This document shows, in pieces, positions 36,010 to 47,271 of a stretch of 64,000 bases of DNA. Each line of letters opens with the position of its first letter. The stretch's first letter is position 1. Under the pieces are notes generated by a model, which saw nothing but the letters and a program-made list of their open reading frames with translations, searched no databases and was not told the origin of the DNA. The DNA is from an uncultured delta proteobacterium (GTDB lineage: Bacteria > Desulfobacterota > Binatia > UBA9968), in contig CAWJZV010000017.1 in the NCBI GenBank assembly GCA_963847445.1, positions 64,001 through 128,000 of the forward strand, in the 5' to 3' direction. A program made the position numbers and the translations under genes.

Positions 36010-36364
36010 TGAGGATCCTCCCAAAGAAGTATGCCGAGTCACGCGCTCGGGTGGTTTAGTTTCTATAGCTCAAAGAGAGAGTTGGTGACAAAGGAAATAT
36101 TGAAGTGGTGTTCGTAAGCAAACGCCTTACGTCCACTTTTCTTCACCGATTTAGTTAGCTGTAACGTAACCGAGATGCAGTGCGCTGAAGGCGTTCGGTC
36201 AGCCGAAGAAGCGGGATACAATCAAACGAATGATCTTTTGCATGAAACAAGCGTTGTCTGAAGACCTGATCCTGATTCTCTATTGCATGGTACTAAGTAT
36301 AATTATCTTGTAAAATCACTTAGAAAAGCAGATAAGCCTGTTCACAAGGACACTCATAAGTACA

Positions 36365-37363
36365 ATGGCCAGTGCTGACCAATTAAAGGCGCTCATCAAG
36401 AGTCACGCTGAAGGTGACGATGAGAGGTTTTACACGATTGCAATACAGGTCGCAGCGCAAGCTGCGCGTCAAGGACATACCAGATTTGCGACCGAACTTC
36501 GGGACTTAGTTATGCGAGCAAAGGCTCGTGGAAACGTCGTTCTGTTGGGTCAGCAGACAAGGCCAGTGCCGCTAGTTCAACCTCGCGGCGAGCTTGCAGG
36601 GCTTTTGACGGCGGCGTATCCCAAACTTCGCCTCGCAGATATGGCGCTGGAGGAGAAAGTAAGATCCCGAGTAGAACGTGTACTTCTAGAACAACGGCAA
36701 CGAGAGCGAATTCGGCAGCATGGTTTTACGGCTCTCCGTAAACTGCTCTTTATAGGTCCGCCCGGCACCGGAAAAACGATGACCGCAGGGGTCTTGGCCG
36801 GTGAGCTTGGGTTACCGCTCTTTACGATTCAACTCGACGGGCTAATTACAAAGTACCTTGGGGAAACAGCGGCAAAGCTTCGTCTTATCTTCGATGCAAT
36901 CCAGCAGACCCGTGCCATTTACTTGTTCGACGAGTTCGATGCCCTTGGGAGCGAACGAACGGCGCGAAATGAAGTTGGAGAAATCCGTCGGGTTCTAAAT
37001 TCTTTTCTCTTGTTTCTTGAAGAAACTCAGTCGGAAAGCATTATTGTCGCTGCAACGAATCATCCGAAGCTGTTAGACCGTGCACTCTTCAGAAGGTTCG
37101 AGGCCGTGATAGAATTTAGTCCGCCTTCTAAAGTCGTGGCAGAAAAGGTGCTTCGGTCTAGACTTGCGCTATTGGAGACGACCGGGCTGGAATGGCCGAA
37201 GGTTGTTCACGCGGCAACTGGGCTCAGTCACGCAGATATCGCTCGTGCCTGTGAGGACGCCGCTAAAGATGCAATTCTCGCTCACCGCGCTCGCATTGAG
37301 ACCAGGGAACTCGTTCGGGCTCTCACCGAACGACGAGCTGCGCACAAACCAGCTCGTAGTTAG
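36365..37363 (+). CDS. AAA+ ATPase, IetA-like
   Basis: MASADQLKALIKSH..GD..RF; Walker A GPPGTGKT, Walker B YLFDEFD, AATNH..LLDRALFRRF. Confidence 0.9.
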   Translation: MASADQLKALIKSHAEGDDERFYTIAIQVAAQAARQGHTRFATELRDLVMRAKARGNVVLLGQQTRPVPLVQPRGELAGLLTAAYPKLRLADMALEEKVRSRVERVLLEQRQRERIRQHGFTALRKLLFIGPPGTGKTMTAGVLAGELGLPLFTIQLDGLITKYLGETAAKLRLIFDAIQQTRAIYLFDEFDALGSERTARNEVGEIRRVLNSFLLFLEETQSESIIVAATNHPKLLDRALFRRFEAVIEFSPPSKVVAEKVLRSRLALLETTGLEWPKVVHAATGLSHADIARACEDAAKDAILAHRARIETRELVRALTERRAAHKPARS

Positions 37364-37369
37364 TAAGAA

Positions 37370-39886
37370 ATGGCGGCTCCACGCAACCGAAAGCACCTCG
37401 TCGTAGTTACACCTCCATCGACGGAAGCATACAGAAGCCATGCTCGTATAATAACGGCACCCACCTTGCCAGTGCCGCCTGACAGAGGAAGGCATGCTAG
37501 GGAACTGCGTTCAGCGTTAGTAAACGCTGAACGCGAATCATTAGAGAGCCGGCAAGCTGTTGGCATTCGAGTGCACGGGGCAACGCCCGGTCTGTATGTA
37601 CAGTTTGAGAGCCCTCCTGGAATCGACCTAAGACTTGAGTCCCTTGAAGACAAGCGCAAAGGTATTGAGGTCGTTGCGGTGAGACATCTAGGGGATCCAC
37701 CGGTCCAGCTCGCGACGGTTTTTGTGCCTGACGGAGAGATCAAGCACTTTATTAGGCGATTTGAGAAATACGAATTCGAGAAAACAAAAAAAGATGAGCC
37801 CCGGCACAAAGATATGGTTGACCGAATCGCTGCATTGCAACGGGCGACCCTCCGTGCGCTTTGGACTGACGAGGCGAACGAATACCCTTCCGAGAATCAA
37901 CCAATCTGGTGGGAAGTGTGGTTGCGCCGCCATGACGGTGGAGAATTGGAACGTTTAAGTGCGTTCTCACGCGTGATTGGCCTCGTCCTTGGTGAGCAAT
38001 CGCTAGCCTTTGATGAACGAATCGTTGTCCTTGTGAGGGGAACAGCCAGACAGCTAGCCGGATCTCTCGATGTACTCAATGATGTTGCCGAGGTACGCAA
38101 AGCGAAGGAGAGCGCGGCATTCTTTGTAGATGCCTCGCCGACAGAACAGGCGAACTGGTCGGACGACCTGAGGGCGCGAACAACACCGCCCGGAGCAGAC
38201 GCTCCTGCTGTTTGCGTACTGGATACTGGCGTGACCCGCAATCATCCATTGATTCAGGATCTCTTATCACCAGGGGATTTGATGACGGTGAATCCTAATT
38301 GGGGGCCGCAAGATGATGGTGGCGGACCTGGCCAAATGGGGCACGGGACCGAAATGGCGGGGCTTGCTGCTTATGGAGATCTCACGGGCGTTCTCATGTC
38401 GGTGGCGCCGGTAAACATGCGGCATCGATTGGAATCTGTTAAAATTCTTCCACCGAGGGGAAGCAATCCCCAACAACTTTATGGCGCGATCACGGCGCAG
38501 AGTGTTGCGTTACCGGAGATTAACACACCCAATCGCCTACGAGTTTTTTCGCTTTCGGTTACAGCAATTGACCAACGGGACCGTGGCCAACCGACTTCGT
38601 GGTCTGCTGCTGTTGATGCACTTGCAGCCGGTCGAAGTTTTGATCCCGGAACTCAAGGTCTCATATACATAGATAGTGCTGAGGCCGAAGCGCATCGTCT
38701 TTTCGTAGTTAGCGCTGGGAATGTCCAACCTGAAATGTTTGAACCAGCTCACCTCAATCAGAGCGATGTTCAGCCGGTTCACGACCCTGCGCAGGCGTGG
38801 AACGCGCTGACTGTCGGGGCCTTTACGGAGAAAAGCGTGATTACACATCGTGATTGGGATGGATGGAGTGCACTCTCACCACCAGGTGAATTATCTCCCC
38901 ATAGTACAACTTCGGTCATGTTCCAGGATATCTGGCCTACTAAACCGGACGTTGTGTTTGAAGGTGGCAACGTGGCTTACAATGGAACGGACTTTGATCC
39001 AGGCGTTCCAGATCTTTGTCTACTTTCGACTCACTACCAACCAAATGAGAAACTATTCGTACTGTCGCGTGCAACGAGTGCTGCTACAGCGCAGGTCGCG
39101 CGCATCGCGGCCATTATTCTGGCAGATTATCCAACCTTCTGGCCTGAAACTGTTCGAGCGCTCATTGTTCATTCAGCCAAATGGACACAACCGATGGAAA
39201 ACCAGCTAATTGGTGTGTCGGGAAAGCGGGCAAGAGCAATACTCGTACATCGTTACGGCTTCGGTGTACCGCAATTGGAGAGAGCTCTACGGAGTGCGAA
39301 TGACTCGCTCACGCTCGTTGCCCAAGGTATCTTGCGTCCATTCACAGTCGGGAAGATGCGTGAAATGCATTTTTATCGATTGCCATGGCCAAAGGAGGCT
39401 TTGGAGGAGTTGGGTGGTGCGGTGGTGCGTTTGCGCATTACTCTTTCATACTTTGTAGAACCAAACCCTAGCCGACGAGGCTGGAAACGTAGGTACAGAT
39501 ACGCATCTCATGGCCTTCGATTCGACGTAAAACTTCCGACCGAGGATATTGATACTTTTCGTAAGCGCCTGAACAAGCGCGCGTTGGAAGGGGATGAAGA
39601 TAAACCGCAAAGCAGTAGCGATTCTGCAGATTGGTTTTTGGGTGAACAGGCACGGAACAAAGGATCAATTCACTCCGACATCTGGAAAGGTACCGCAGCC
39701 GACTTGGCCGAGCGCGGCGTAATTGGTGTCTGTCCCGTTTCCGGGTGGTGGAAAGATCAGCCAAAACGAGATCGAAGTGATTTTGGTGCTCGCTATGCAC
39801 TTGTAGTCAGCATTGAGACCGATGCGGAAGATGTGGATATCTGGACGCCTGTCGCTCAACAAATCGGGGTGTTGATTGAGGTGTAA
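37370..39886 (+). CDS. S8 subtilisin-like protease, IetS/y4bN-like
   Basis: Triad VLDTG, HGTEMAG, ATSAA; oxyanion SAGN; KPDVV.EGGN; YFVEPNP; no signal peptide. Confidence 0.9.
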   Translation: MAAPRNRKHLVVVTPPSTEAYRSHARIITAPTLPVPPDRGRHARELRSALVNAERESLESRQAVGIRVHGATPGLYVQFESPPGIDLRLESLEDKRKGIEVVAVRHLGDPPVQLATVFVPDGEIKHFIRRFEKYEFEKTKKDEPRHKDMVDRIAALQRATLRALWTDEANEYPSENQPIWWEVWLRRHDGGELERLSAFSRVIGLVLGEQSLAFDERIVVLVRGTARQLAGSLDVLNDVAEVRKAKESAAFFVDASPTEQANWSDDLRARTTPPGADAPAVCVLDTGVTRNHPLIQDLLSPGDLMTVNPNWGPQDDGGGPGQMGHGTEMAGLAAYGDLTGVLMSVAPVNMRHRLESVKILPPRGSNPQQLYGAITAQSVALPEINTPNRLRVFSLSVTAIDQRDRGQPTSWSAAVDALAAGRSFDPGTQGLIYIDSAEAEAHRLFVVSAGNVQPEMFEPAHLNQSDVQPVHDPAQAWNALTVGAFTEKSVITHRDWDGWSALSPPGELSPHSTTSVMFQDIWPTKPDVVFEGGNVAYNGTDFDPGVPDLCLLSTHYQPNEKLFVLSRATSAATAQVARIAAIILADYPTFWPETVRALIVHSAKWTQPMENQLIGVSGKRARAILVHRYGFGVPQLERALRSANDSLTLVAQGILRPFTVGKMREMHFYRLPWPKEALEELGGAVVRLRITLSYFVEPNPSRRGWKRRYRYASHGLRFDVKLPTEDIDTFRKRLNKRALEGDEDKPQSSSDSADWFLGEQARNKGSIHSDIWKGTAADLAERGVIGVCPVSGWWKDQPKRDRSDFGARYALVVSIETDAEDVDIWTPVAQQIGVLIEV

Positions 39887-40092
39887 CGATTGAAGTATAA
39901 ATTGTTTGACTCTGATCGGTCCTTTGTCACGGCCTCTAGATTTTGACAGTCGATTTCTTATCCACGACCAACAGGAAAAAACTGCTCTTTGTGAATCGTC
40001 GAAACAACAAAAGCAATTTAACCAAGTCTACTGCGCAATAGTCATTGTTTGGGGTCTAAGTGCAGGCCCGTAAAGCAGTGATCGCTGGTTCA

Positions 40093-40599
40093 CTAATCCG
40101 GAGTGGTCCCGATCGATACCTGCGTCACGCACCAGGATAGCAGCTCCATCTGCGGCATGGTCTCCACCATAGAGCCCGCGCGGGAAACTAAGCTTTCCGC
40201 TTCGGTGATCGGTTGGCCCATGGCGAGCAGCACGGAGACGGCGAGCATGGCGGTGCGGCCGACGCCGCCGGCGCAATGAACCAGCACCGCTTCGCCGGAG
40301 TGCAGTCGGTTGGCGACATCGTTGGCGAGGGCCCAAAAGGCGTCTTTGTTCTCCGGCACGCCGCCTTCGCGTATTTCAAAAGGCACGACGGAACAGGGCA
40401 CCGTGCCGGCATCCAGCGCCTCGGCGTATTTAACCGATTTTTGGCGAATCTCGAAATCTTCGTTCAAGCAGACGATGGCGCCGACCGCATCGGTCTTCAC
40501 CTGATGCCAAACTTTATCGATGGTTTCAAAGCGGCCGGGCATGCTGTGGAGCAGCAGTCTTCCAGGAACCGAGGCAGGCAGTTCGACACTACGAAACAT
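40093..40599 (-). CDS. protein-tyrosine/dual-specificity phosphatase, copy 2
   Basis: HCAGGVGRT; core identical to 18888..19391 with differences near the termini. Confidence 0.9.
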   Translation of the reverse strand: MFRSVELPASVPGRLLLHSMPGRFETIDKVWHQVKTDAVGAIVCLNEDFEIRQKSVKYAEALDAGTVPCSVVPFEIREGGVPENKDAFWALANDVANRLHSGEAVLVHCAGGVGRTAMLAVSVLLAMGQPITEAESLVSRAGSMVETMPQMELLSWCVTQVSIGTTPD

Positions 40600-40705
40600 C
40601 TTGGTTTCTCCAGTTAGAAATGGATCTTCACCGTCACGTTTACAAATATGCAATCGACAATCGATAAACAAGCAGGCCCGGGGAAACCTTCGAGGATCAA
40701 CTAAA
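40118..40705. repeat. diverged direct repeat, copy 2
   Basis: Same orientation as 18910..19500, offset ~21.2 kb. Confidence 0.9.
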
Positions 40706-40754
40706 GCGAACGTAAGGTTACAACCAAAACTGGCTAGAACTGAGGGGCCGCGGA

Positions 40755-41402
40755 CTAGCCGAGCTTGACGATGCGTATGCCGCTGGTGCGAAGCTGTTGG
40801 AGGAACTGCTCGTTTGGGCGGGTGGGAAAATGAAACGCTGAGAAAATCTTGTTCTCCATTTTATGATTGCGAAATGAGATGGCGTCAATTATACCCAGCC
40901 GACATTGCTCGGCTAATTGGCTAATCAGATTGAGGGTCTTGCCGACGTCGTCGGATTCCACGACCAGCCGGATGGCGTGGTCGTCGGCACCGGTCATGTT
41001 GAGCATGGCGTCGAAAACGTCGGATTCCGTTAGGATCCCAGCTAAAATGCCCGCTCGTATCACCGGCAGGGCGTTGATCCGCCGGGTGCGGAAAATGCGC
41101 GCGGCCTCTTCTATCGGGCAATAGGGTTCAACCGTGACGACATTGCGCACCATGATCGTCGAGATCGGTTGGGGCACGGTGTTGTCGGCGACTTCGAGAG
41201 AAAACGGGTTGAGATGATTGGGAAAGGCCCGGGCGAGATCGTATTTGGACAGCAATCCGGCCAATTTTTTCCCGTTGGTCGCGGCTTCTGCGACCAGTAA
41301 GTGGCGGAATTTGTGCCGGCCCATGAACAGTGCCGCTGCTGAAATCGTCATAGTCGGCGGCACCGTCAGTGGGTCGGGCGTCATCCAATTCTCAACAAAC
41401 AT
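40755..41402 (-). CDS. CBS-pair + ACT-like protein (AcuB-like)
   Basis: MFVENWMTPDPLTV.P, IM.RNVVTV.P...IEEAA, LPV....L.GILTESD. Confidence 0.82.
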   Translation of the reverse strand: MFVENWMTPDPLTVPPTMTISAAALFMGRHKFRHLLVAEAATNGKKLAGLLSKYDLARAFPNHLNPFSLEVADNTVPQPISTIMVRNVVTVEPYCPIEEAARIFRTRRINALPVIRAGILAGILTESDVFDAMLNMTGADDHAIRLVVESDDVGKTLNLISQLAEQCRLGIIDAISFRNHKMENKIFSAFHFPTRPNEQFLQQLRTSGIRIVKLG

Positions 41403-41794
41403 TGACTGAATTTCTCCCGGAAGGAATAGCTACCCGTTCTCTCTAGTGAACTATCGGCTGGTGCGATGGCGAGCTTTAACTACGAGCCGATTATTAATAC
41501 TGTCGGCGTCGGATTGCTTTGCGCCTGAACGGCGACGGCGGCAATGAAAAAGCCCATTGAGCCAAACGCCAAAGAGAACGGATAAGGTCTCGAAATGGGC
41601 TTGCTACGGTCCAGTCGCTACATCGCATGGGTCGCTGTGGCGTCTTAGCACAAGTCGTAAGAAAATCGCATGCGCCGATAAGAGCTGCGAGTTACGTAGC
41701 AATTGCCAGTTTCCAAGTTTATTATGTTTCTCAAGATAGTTGTGCGTATTACGGACAACCTAGTCACGTGGAGTTAACAAGGAGTAGGTAAGAG

Positions 41795-43448
41795 ATGGCG
41801 ATTCATCCACTTGCGGGCAAGCCGGCGCCGGTCGATATTATTGATCGACGTGGCGGCGCTGGAGAAGGCCTATTACGAGCGTCAGCCCAATGTCGACGAC
41901 CCGGCCCAACTGGTCAGCTTCGGCACCAGCGGCCATCGCGGCAGTCCGCTGAGCGCGAGTTTGAACGAAGCGCATATTCTGGCGATCACCCAGGCGATCT
42001 GCGAGTACCGCGCGAGCAAGCAAATTACCGGGCCGTTGTTCATGGGTAAGGATACCCATGGGGCATCCGGGCCGGCGCAGCGGACGGCGCTCGAAGTGCT
42101 GGCGGGAAATTCTCTCGACACGATCATTCAGAAGGACGATGGCTTCACACCGACACCGGCGATCTCGCGGGCGATCTTGACGCACAACCGCGGCAAAAAA
42201 GACCGCCTCGCCGACGGCATTGTCGTCACGCCGTCGCATAATCCACCGGCCGACGGCGGCTTCAAATACAATCCGCCGGATGGCGGGCCGGCCGATACCG
42301 ATGTCACCGATTGGATTCAAGGGCGGGCAAACGACTTGCTGCGCGCCGGCAATCGCGGCGTCAAACGGATCGGCTACGACGCGGCGCTCAAAGCGACCAC
42401 GACGCACCCATTAGATTTAGTCAGCCCCTACGTCGACGATCTGACGGCGGTCATCGACATGGAAGCGATTGGCGCGCAACGGGTAAAGATCGGTGTCGAT
42501 CCCCTCGGCGGCGCGGCGCTCGGCTATTGGCAAAAGATCGCCGAACGTTATCGCTTCGATCTAACTGTGGTCAATGCGCATATCGATCCGACGTTTCGCT
42601 TCATGACTTTGGATCACGACGGCAAGATTCGCATGGATTGTTCGAGTCCCTATGCGATGGCTAGTCTGGTCCAATTAAAGGACCGTTTTCAGGTCGCCTT
42701 CGGCAACGACGCCGACTCGGATCGTCATGGAATAGTCACGCCCGCTCTTGGGCTGATGAATCCCAATCACTATTTGGCGGTGGCGATTCATTATTTATTG
42801 TCGCACCGGCCGCTGTGGAACAAATCCGCTGCCGTAGGCAAAACCTTAGTCAGCAGTTGTCTGATCGATCGGGTGGTCGAGAGTCTCGACCGCAAACTCT
42901 TCGAAGTGCCGGTGGGCTTCAAATGGTTTTCGCCGGGGCTGTTCGACGGCTCGGTCTGCTTCGGCGGCGAGGAGAGCGCCGGCGCGAGTTTCCTGTGCAA
43001 AGACGGCACCGTCTGGACCACCGACAAGGACGGCATCATTCTCTGTCTGCTCGCGGCGGAAATGATTGCGACGACGGGGCGGGACGCGGCGAGTTGGTAT
43101 GAGGAGTTGACCGGCGCCATGGGCAAGCCTTTTTACACCCGGGTCGATCTGGCGGCGACTGTGGCGCAGAAAAATGCTTTGAAAGCGCTAAGGCCGGATT
43201 CGCTCACGGCAACCGAACTCGCCGGCGAGCCGATCACGGCGAAACTCACCCACGCGCCGGGTAACGGCGCCGCCATCGGCGGCCTCAAAGTCGCCGCCAA
43301 GAGCGGCTGGTTCGCGGTGCGTCCGTCGGGCACCGAGGATCTGTGTAAGATCTACGCCGAGAGTTTGCGCTCGGAGGCGCATTTAGCGGCGATCAAGGAT
43401 CAGGCGGCGGCGATCATGCAGGATGTTTTCACGGCGGCCAACGCCTAA
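41795..43448 (+). CDS. pgm: phosphoglucomutase (indel near 41840)
   Basis: [12 protein letters not shown]; [36 protein letters not shown]. Confidence 0.95.
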
Positions 43449-43459
43449 GCGAACGGGAC

Positions 43460-44278
43460 ATGGAATTTACGATCGATTCTAAAATTAAACTCAATGACGG
43501 CCATGCTATTCCGCGCCTCGGTTTGGGTGTGTGGCTGATCAGCTCGGGGAAGAGCTGCGAGTCGGTGGTGCGCGCGGCGCTCGACGCCGGCTACCGGCAT
43601 ATCGACACGGCGGCGTTTTACGGTAACGAAGAGAGCGTCGGCAAAGCGATCCGCGACAGCGGCATCGCCCGCGCCGAGATTTATCTCACCACCAAATTGT
43701 GGAACAGCGATCACGGCAATCCCGAGCGCGCCCTGGAACGCAGTCTCGGCAAGCTCAAGATCGATTATGTCGACCTTTACCTGATCCATTACCCGGTGCC
43801 GGAGCGGTTGCGCAGCTGGCGCGCGCTGGCAGGCTTGCGCGCAGGCGGCAAAGCGCGCTCCATCGGCGTGAGCAATTTCACGATCGGACATTTGACTGAG
43901 CTGCTCGCCAACAGCGAGACAGTTCCCGCCGTCAACCAGGTGGAATTGCATCCGTACCTGTACCAGCGTGAGCTGCTGGATTTCTGCCATAAAAAGAACA
44001 TTGTGATCGAGGCCTATAGCCCGCTGACTCACGGCGAGCGGCTCAACGATGCGAAACTGGTGGCGATGGCGCGGAAGTACAGCAAATCTCCGGCGCAGAT
44101 CCTGATTCGCTGGGCGTTGCAGCATGACGTGGTGGTCATTCCGAAATCGGCGAAGCGAGAACGAATTATCGAAGATGCCGATGTCTTCGGCTTCGCCATC
44201 AGCGCTGAAGATATGCGGACGCTCGATGGCTTCAATGAAAACTTGCGGACTTGCTGGGACCCGACCCATGCGCCATAA
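43460..44278 (+). CDS. aldo/keto reductase
   Basis: GYRHIDTA..YGNE, TTKLW, DLYLIH, IGVSNF, NQVELHP, IPKS. Confidence 0.95.
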   Translation: MEFTIDSKIKLNDGHAIPRLGLGVWLISSGKSCESVVRAALDAGYRHIDTAAFYGNEESVGKAIRDSGIARAEIYLTTKLWNSDHGNPERALERSLGKLKIDYVDLYLIHYPVPERLRSWRALAGLRAGGKARSIGVSNFTIGHLTELLANSETVPAVNQVELHPYLYQRELLDFCHKKNIVIEAYSPLTHGERLNDAKLVAMARKYSKSPAQILIRWALQHDVVVIPKSAKRERIIEDADVFGFAISAEDMRTLDGFNENLRTCWDPTHAP

Positions 44279-44310
44279 CCAATTGATCGCCATTGGCTAA
44301 GGAGGCGAAG

Positions 44311-45291
44311 ATGAACATCTCGCTAAAGTTCGGCATTGCCAGCTTGATTGTCGTTGTCGGGTTGATGGCGCAGTCCGCGCCCGCGCAAGAAACCATGCGG
44401 GTGGCGATCCCGCTATTTCCGACCGCGGCGTTTCCCTTGCTGGTGGCCAATGACCGCGGCTTTTTTCGTAACGAGGGACTGACCGTCGAACCGATCCGCA
44501 TCAACAGCGCGCCGACGACCTATCAAGCGCTGATCTCGGGCGACGTTCACGCCGCCGCCGGCGCGCCCACCGGCTTGCTGCCGAGCCATGCTCAAGGCGC
44601 GGATGTGATCGCGGTGGGCAGCTGGGACAATCTGGTTCCCTATGTCTGGGTGACAAGAGAAAAAATTGCCGACATCCGCGAACTGCGCGGCAAAAAAATC
44701 GGCGTCAATCGTGCCGGTAGTAAACCCTGGTTGATCGTCCATGTGCTGTTGCAAGACGCCGGTCTCGATCCGGCGAAGGATTTGACTTTGCTACAGATGG
44801 GCGGCGGCTCCCAGGAACGGATCGGCGCGCTGATGCGCGGCGGCATCGATGCGACGCTCGCCGACGTGCTGTTCGAACCGATCATGAAAAAACGCGGCTT
44901 CTTTGTTTTGCGCGGCAAGCCGACGCCGTTCATGAACGCGCCGATCGCCGTCAAGCGTTCCTTCGCCACTGGCCAGCGCGCGACGCTAAAAAAATTCGTC
45001 AAGGCCTACGCCGACGCGACCCGCTATCTGATCGACAATCGCGACGGCACCATGCGGCCGCTGACGCAGCTGCTCAACACCAGCGACGCCGAAGTCCTCG
45101 ACTTCGCCTACCAGTATTTGCACGCCAACTCCGAAGCGACACTCTATCCGCCTGAAGATGCGGTCAGGAATCTCATTCGCATGTCGGGCTACATGGACAA
45201 GAGATTAGCGTCCATCAGTGTCAGTCGGGTCATGGACCTATCGCTACTCGACGAACTGGGCACCAAGCGGCACCAGCGCGGACAGCGGTAG
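44311..45291 (+). CDS. NMT1/SsuA-type substrate-binding protein
   Basis: Signal peptide; GFFRNEGL.VE, ELRGKKIGV. Confidence 0.85.
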   Translation: MNISLKFGIASLIVVVGLMAQSAPAQETMRVAIPLFPTAAFPLLVANDRGFFRNEGLTVEPIRINSAPTTYQALISGDVHAAAGAPTGLLPSHAQGADVIAVGSWDNLVPYVWVTREKIADIRELRGKKIGVNRAGSKPWLIVHVLLQDAGLDPAKDLTLLQMGGGSQERIGALMRGGIDATLADVLFEPIMKKRGFFVLRGKPTPFMNAPIAVKRSFATGQRATLKKFVKAYADATRYLIDNRDGTMRPLTQLLNTSDAEVLDFAYQYLHANSEATLYPPEDAVRNLIRMSGYMDKRLASISVSRVMDLSLLDELGTKRHQRGQR

Positions 45292-45327
45292 CCGTGACAA
45301 TTTCACGCTGCGAGCTTTTAGGTTGTG

Positions 45328-46168
45328 CTAGGTGATCAAGCTTTCGCCGATGCGGAACGCATCCGAGAAGCGATCCAAACCGTGGCTGCCGCCGTTGACC
45401 AGCCGGCGTGCCAGGCGCAGATCGCCGATGATCAAGGCTTCTTTGATGGCGCGCTCCTTGTCTTTGAGAAATGCCGCGAGCAGCTTACCGGCGATGGTTG
45501 GATCGTTGGCGAGTTCTGGGTTGGTCGCCAGTTTGCTGCCCATATCCAGAGCGGTGCCGAGTTTCTGATAGTTGAAACGGCCGGTGAGCTGAATGTAACC
45601 GCGGCCGCGAAACTTTGCCCCGTCGCCTTTGCCCTGGTTGCCCAGGTCGGAGCGAAAATCGTAAAGATCGTAGGGATGACCGCCGGGAGAAGTATTGAAC
45701 TTGGATAGCCCTTCATTGATCGGCTGGAAACTTTCGGTCTCGGCTCGAATGGTCGCCAGTGCCATCAGCACCATCGGCTTGTCGCCCAGGGTGCGCTCGA
45801 CCAAGCCCTTCAAGACAAACGGCAGGTTGTCGCGAATGTTGTCCACCTGTGTGAACGGAAACATCTTGGACACGATGGTGACCGTCACGCCTGGGATCAC
45901 CGACGGTAAGCGGTCGTTGGCGGCTAACTTTAGCGCCGCCAACGTGCGCGGTCCGGCGATACCGTCGGCGAGTAGGCCGGCACTTTTTTGGAATCCGATC
46001 AGCGCCGCGGCGGTGGCTGGGCCAAAATCGCCATCGGCGCGGCCGGGATTGAAGCCAACTGTTTTTAGCCTGGTTTGCAGTTTGACTACTGCCGGACCGG
46101 TGGAGCCTTCTTTGAGTAACGGTGCAGCTCCGCGCGCAGCCAGTTGAAGATGATTTGGGTTGTGCCAT
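45328..46168 (-). CDS. peptidoglycan-binding domain + GH19 lysozyme/chitinase (indel in the first ~30 nt)
   Basis: AGGAG RBS; LKEGSTGPAV..LQTRL..GF.PG.ADGDFGP.T..A...FQ...GL.ADGIAGP.T; LATIRAET, FRGRGYIQLTGR.NY, VNGG..GL. Confidence 0.88.
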
Positions 46169-46382
46169 TTTGCTCTCCTGACTAGATTGTCATTGCTGGC
46201 TGGTCTTTTCTAAGATCCGCAGCGCGCTCAGATTTACCGATGCAGTGTAGTTCTTGTTCATCGCGGCGCGGCAGCGACCATGGAACAACGCGCAGAAAAG
46301 CTCGCCGCGGCCTCGTCCCACTCAGCGGGGTATCCCGATGGTTTGCGTCGTCGCGCTTTATACCGCAAATAGACCCGGCCCG

Positions 46383-47198
46383 TTAGACAAAAACCTTCCA
46401 GGCTTTCATGCTCTTGGTGCCGTACAGATTGGGCGTCTGGGGATACTGTTGCGACGGCAGTGCTTTGCGGATCGCGTCATGCCAGCGTTGATAGCTTGCG
46501 CTGGCCGGCAGCTTGGCAAGCTCGCGCAGTGCGACGAAGCTAAACGCGCCGTTGGGCCGGCCTTGAAAAGAAGCGTCGTAGCTATATTCGCTGTCTTGGC
46601 AACCGGCCATCAGCAGCCCGGCGTGACGCCCCGGTGGGTTGGAGCGGCGGATGGCGCGGCTGGAACCCAATTTCGCCAAATCCCGCTTCGACAGGAACAC
46701 GGCGGGCGGTAAGAAGCGCACTTTGCGCTGCGGCGCATTGCGCCCTTTGATCGTCGGCGGGGTGGTGATCGGGGCAAATCGCGCGTTGCTGCCGGAATGG
46801 CAGGAGTCGGAAATCACCAGCAGCTTTACGCCGGTTTTCTTGGCGCTGTACATGTCGAAGAGTTCGTCGTCGGTGATCGGTCCATTGGCATTGATGTCGT
46901 AGGGGCACAGACATTCGTCCTTACCGTCCGGCTCATCGCCGTTGTCATCCGGCACATAGGAGCCATGTCCCGAATACTGGATGACTACCAGATCGCCCGT
47001 GCCGGCTTTGCCGATCACCGCGGCGATCGCGGCACGCATGTTCTTGCCGCTGGCCTTCTTGTCGAACATCTTGGTTGTTGTGAAGCCCCGTTTCGTGAGC
47101 AGCGCCGCCCAATCGTTGGCGTCGTTGACGCACCCCGAAAGGTCGCTGCCGGTGCCAGGATAATCGTTGATTCCGATACAAAGCGCATATTTTGCCAT
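46383..47198 (-). CDS. caspase-family (C14, metacaspase-like) cysteine protease
   Basis: ALCIGINDY...L.GC.NDA, catalytic YSGHG and SDSCHSG; AAGGAG RBS. Confidence 0.92.
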   Translation of the reverse strand: MAKYALCIGINDYPGTGSDLSGCVNDANDWAALLTKRGFTTTKMFDKKASGKNMRAAIAAVIGKAGTGDLVVIQYSGHGSYVPDDNGDEPDGKDECLCPYDINANGPITDDELFDMYSAKKTGVKLLVISDSCHSGSNARFAPITTPPTIKGRNAPQRKVRFLPPAVFLSKRDLAKLGSSRAIRRSNPPGRHAGLLMAGCQDSEYSYDASFQGRPNGAFSFVALRELAKLPASASYQRWHDAIRKALPSQQYPQTPNLYGTKSMKAWKVFV

Positions 47199-47271
47199 GT
47201 GAGTTCTTCTCCTTGATCGATCTAGTTCGAAGTTTTTATTTTCAGTCTGTCGGTTCGCTGGCCTTCCTTAC

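Noticed and set aside
45328-46168. Prophage endolysin
   Set aside because: No holin, structural, integrase or replication genes are nearby.
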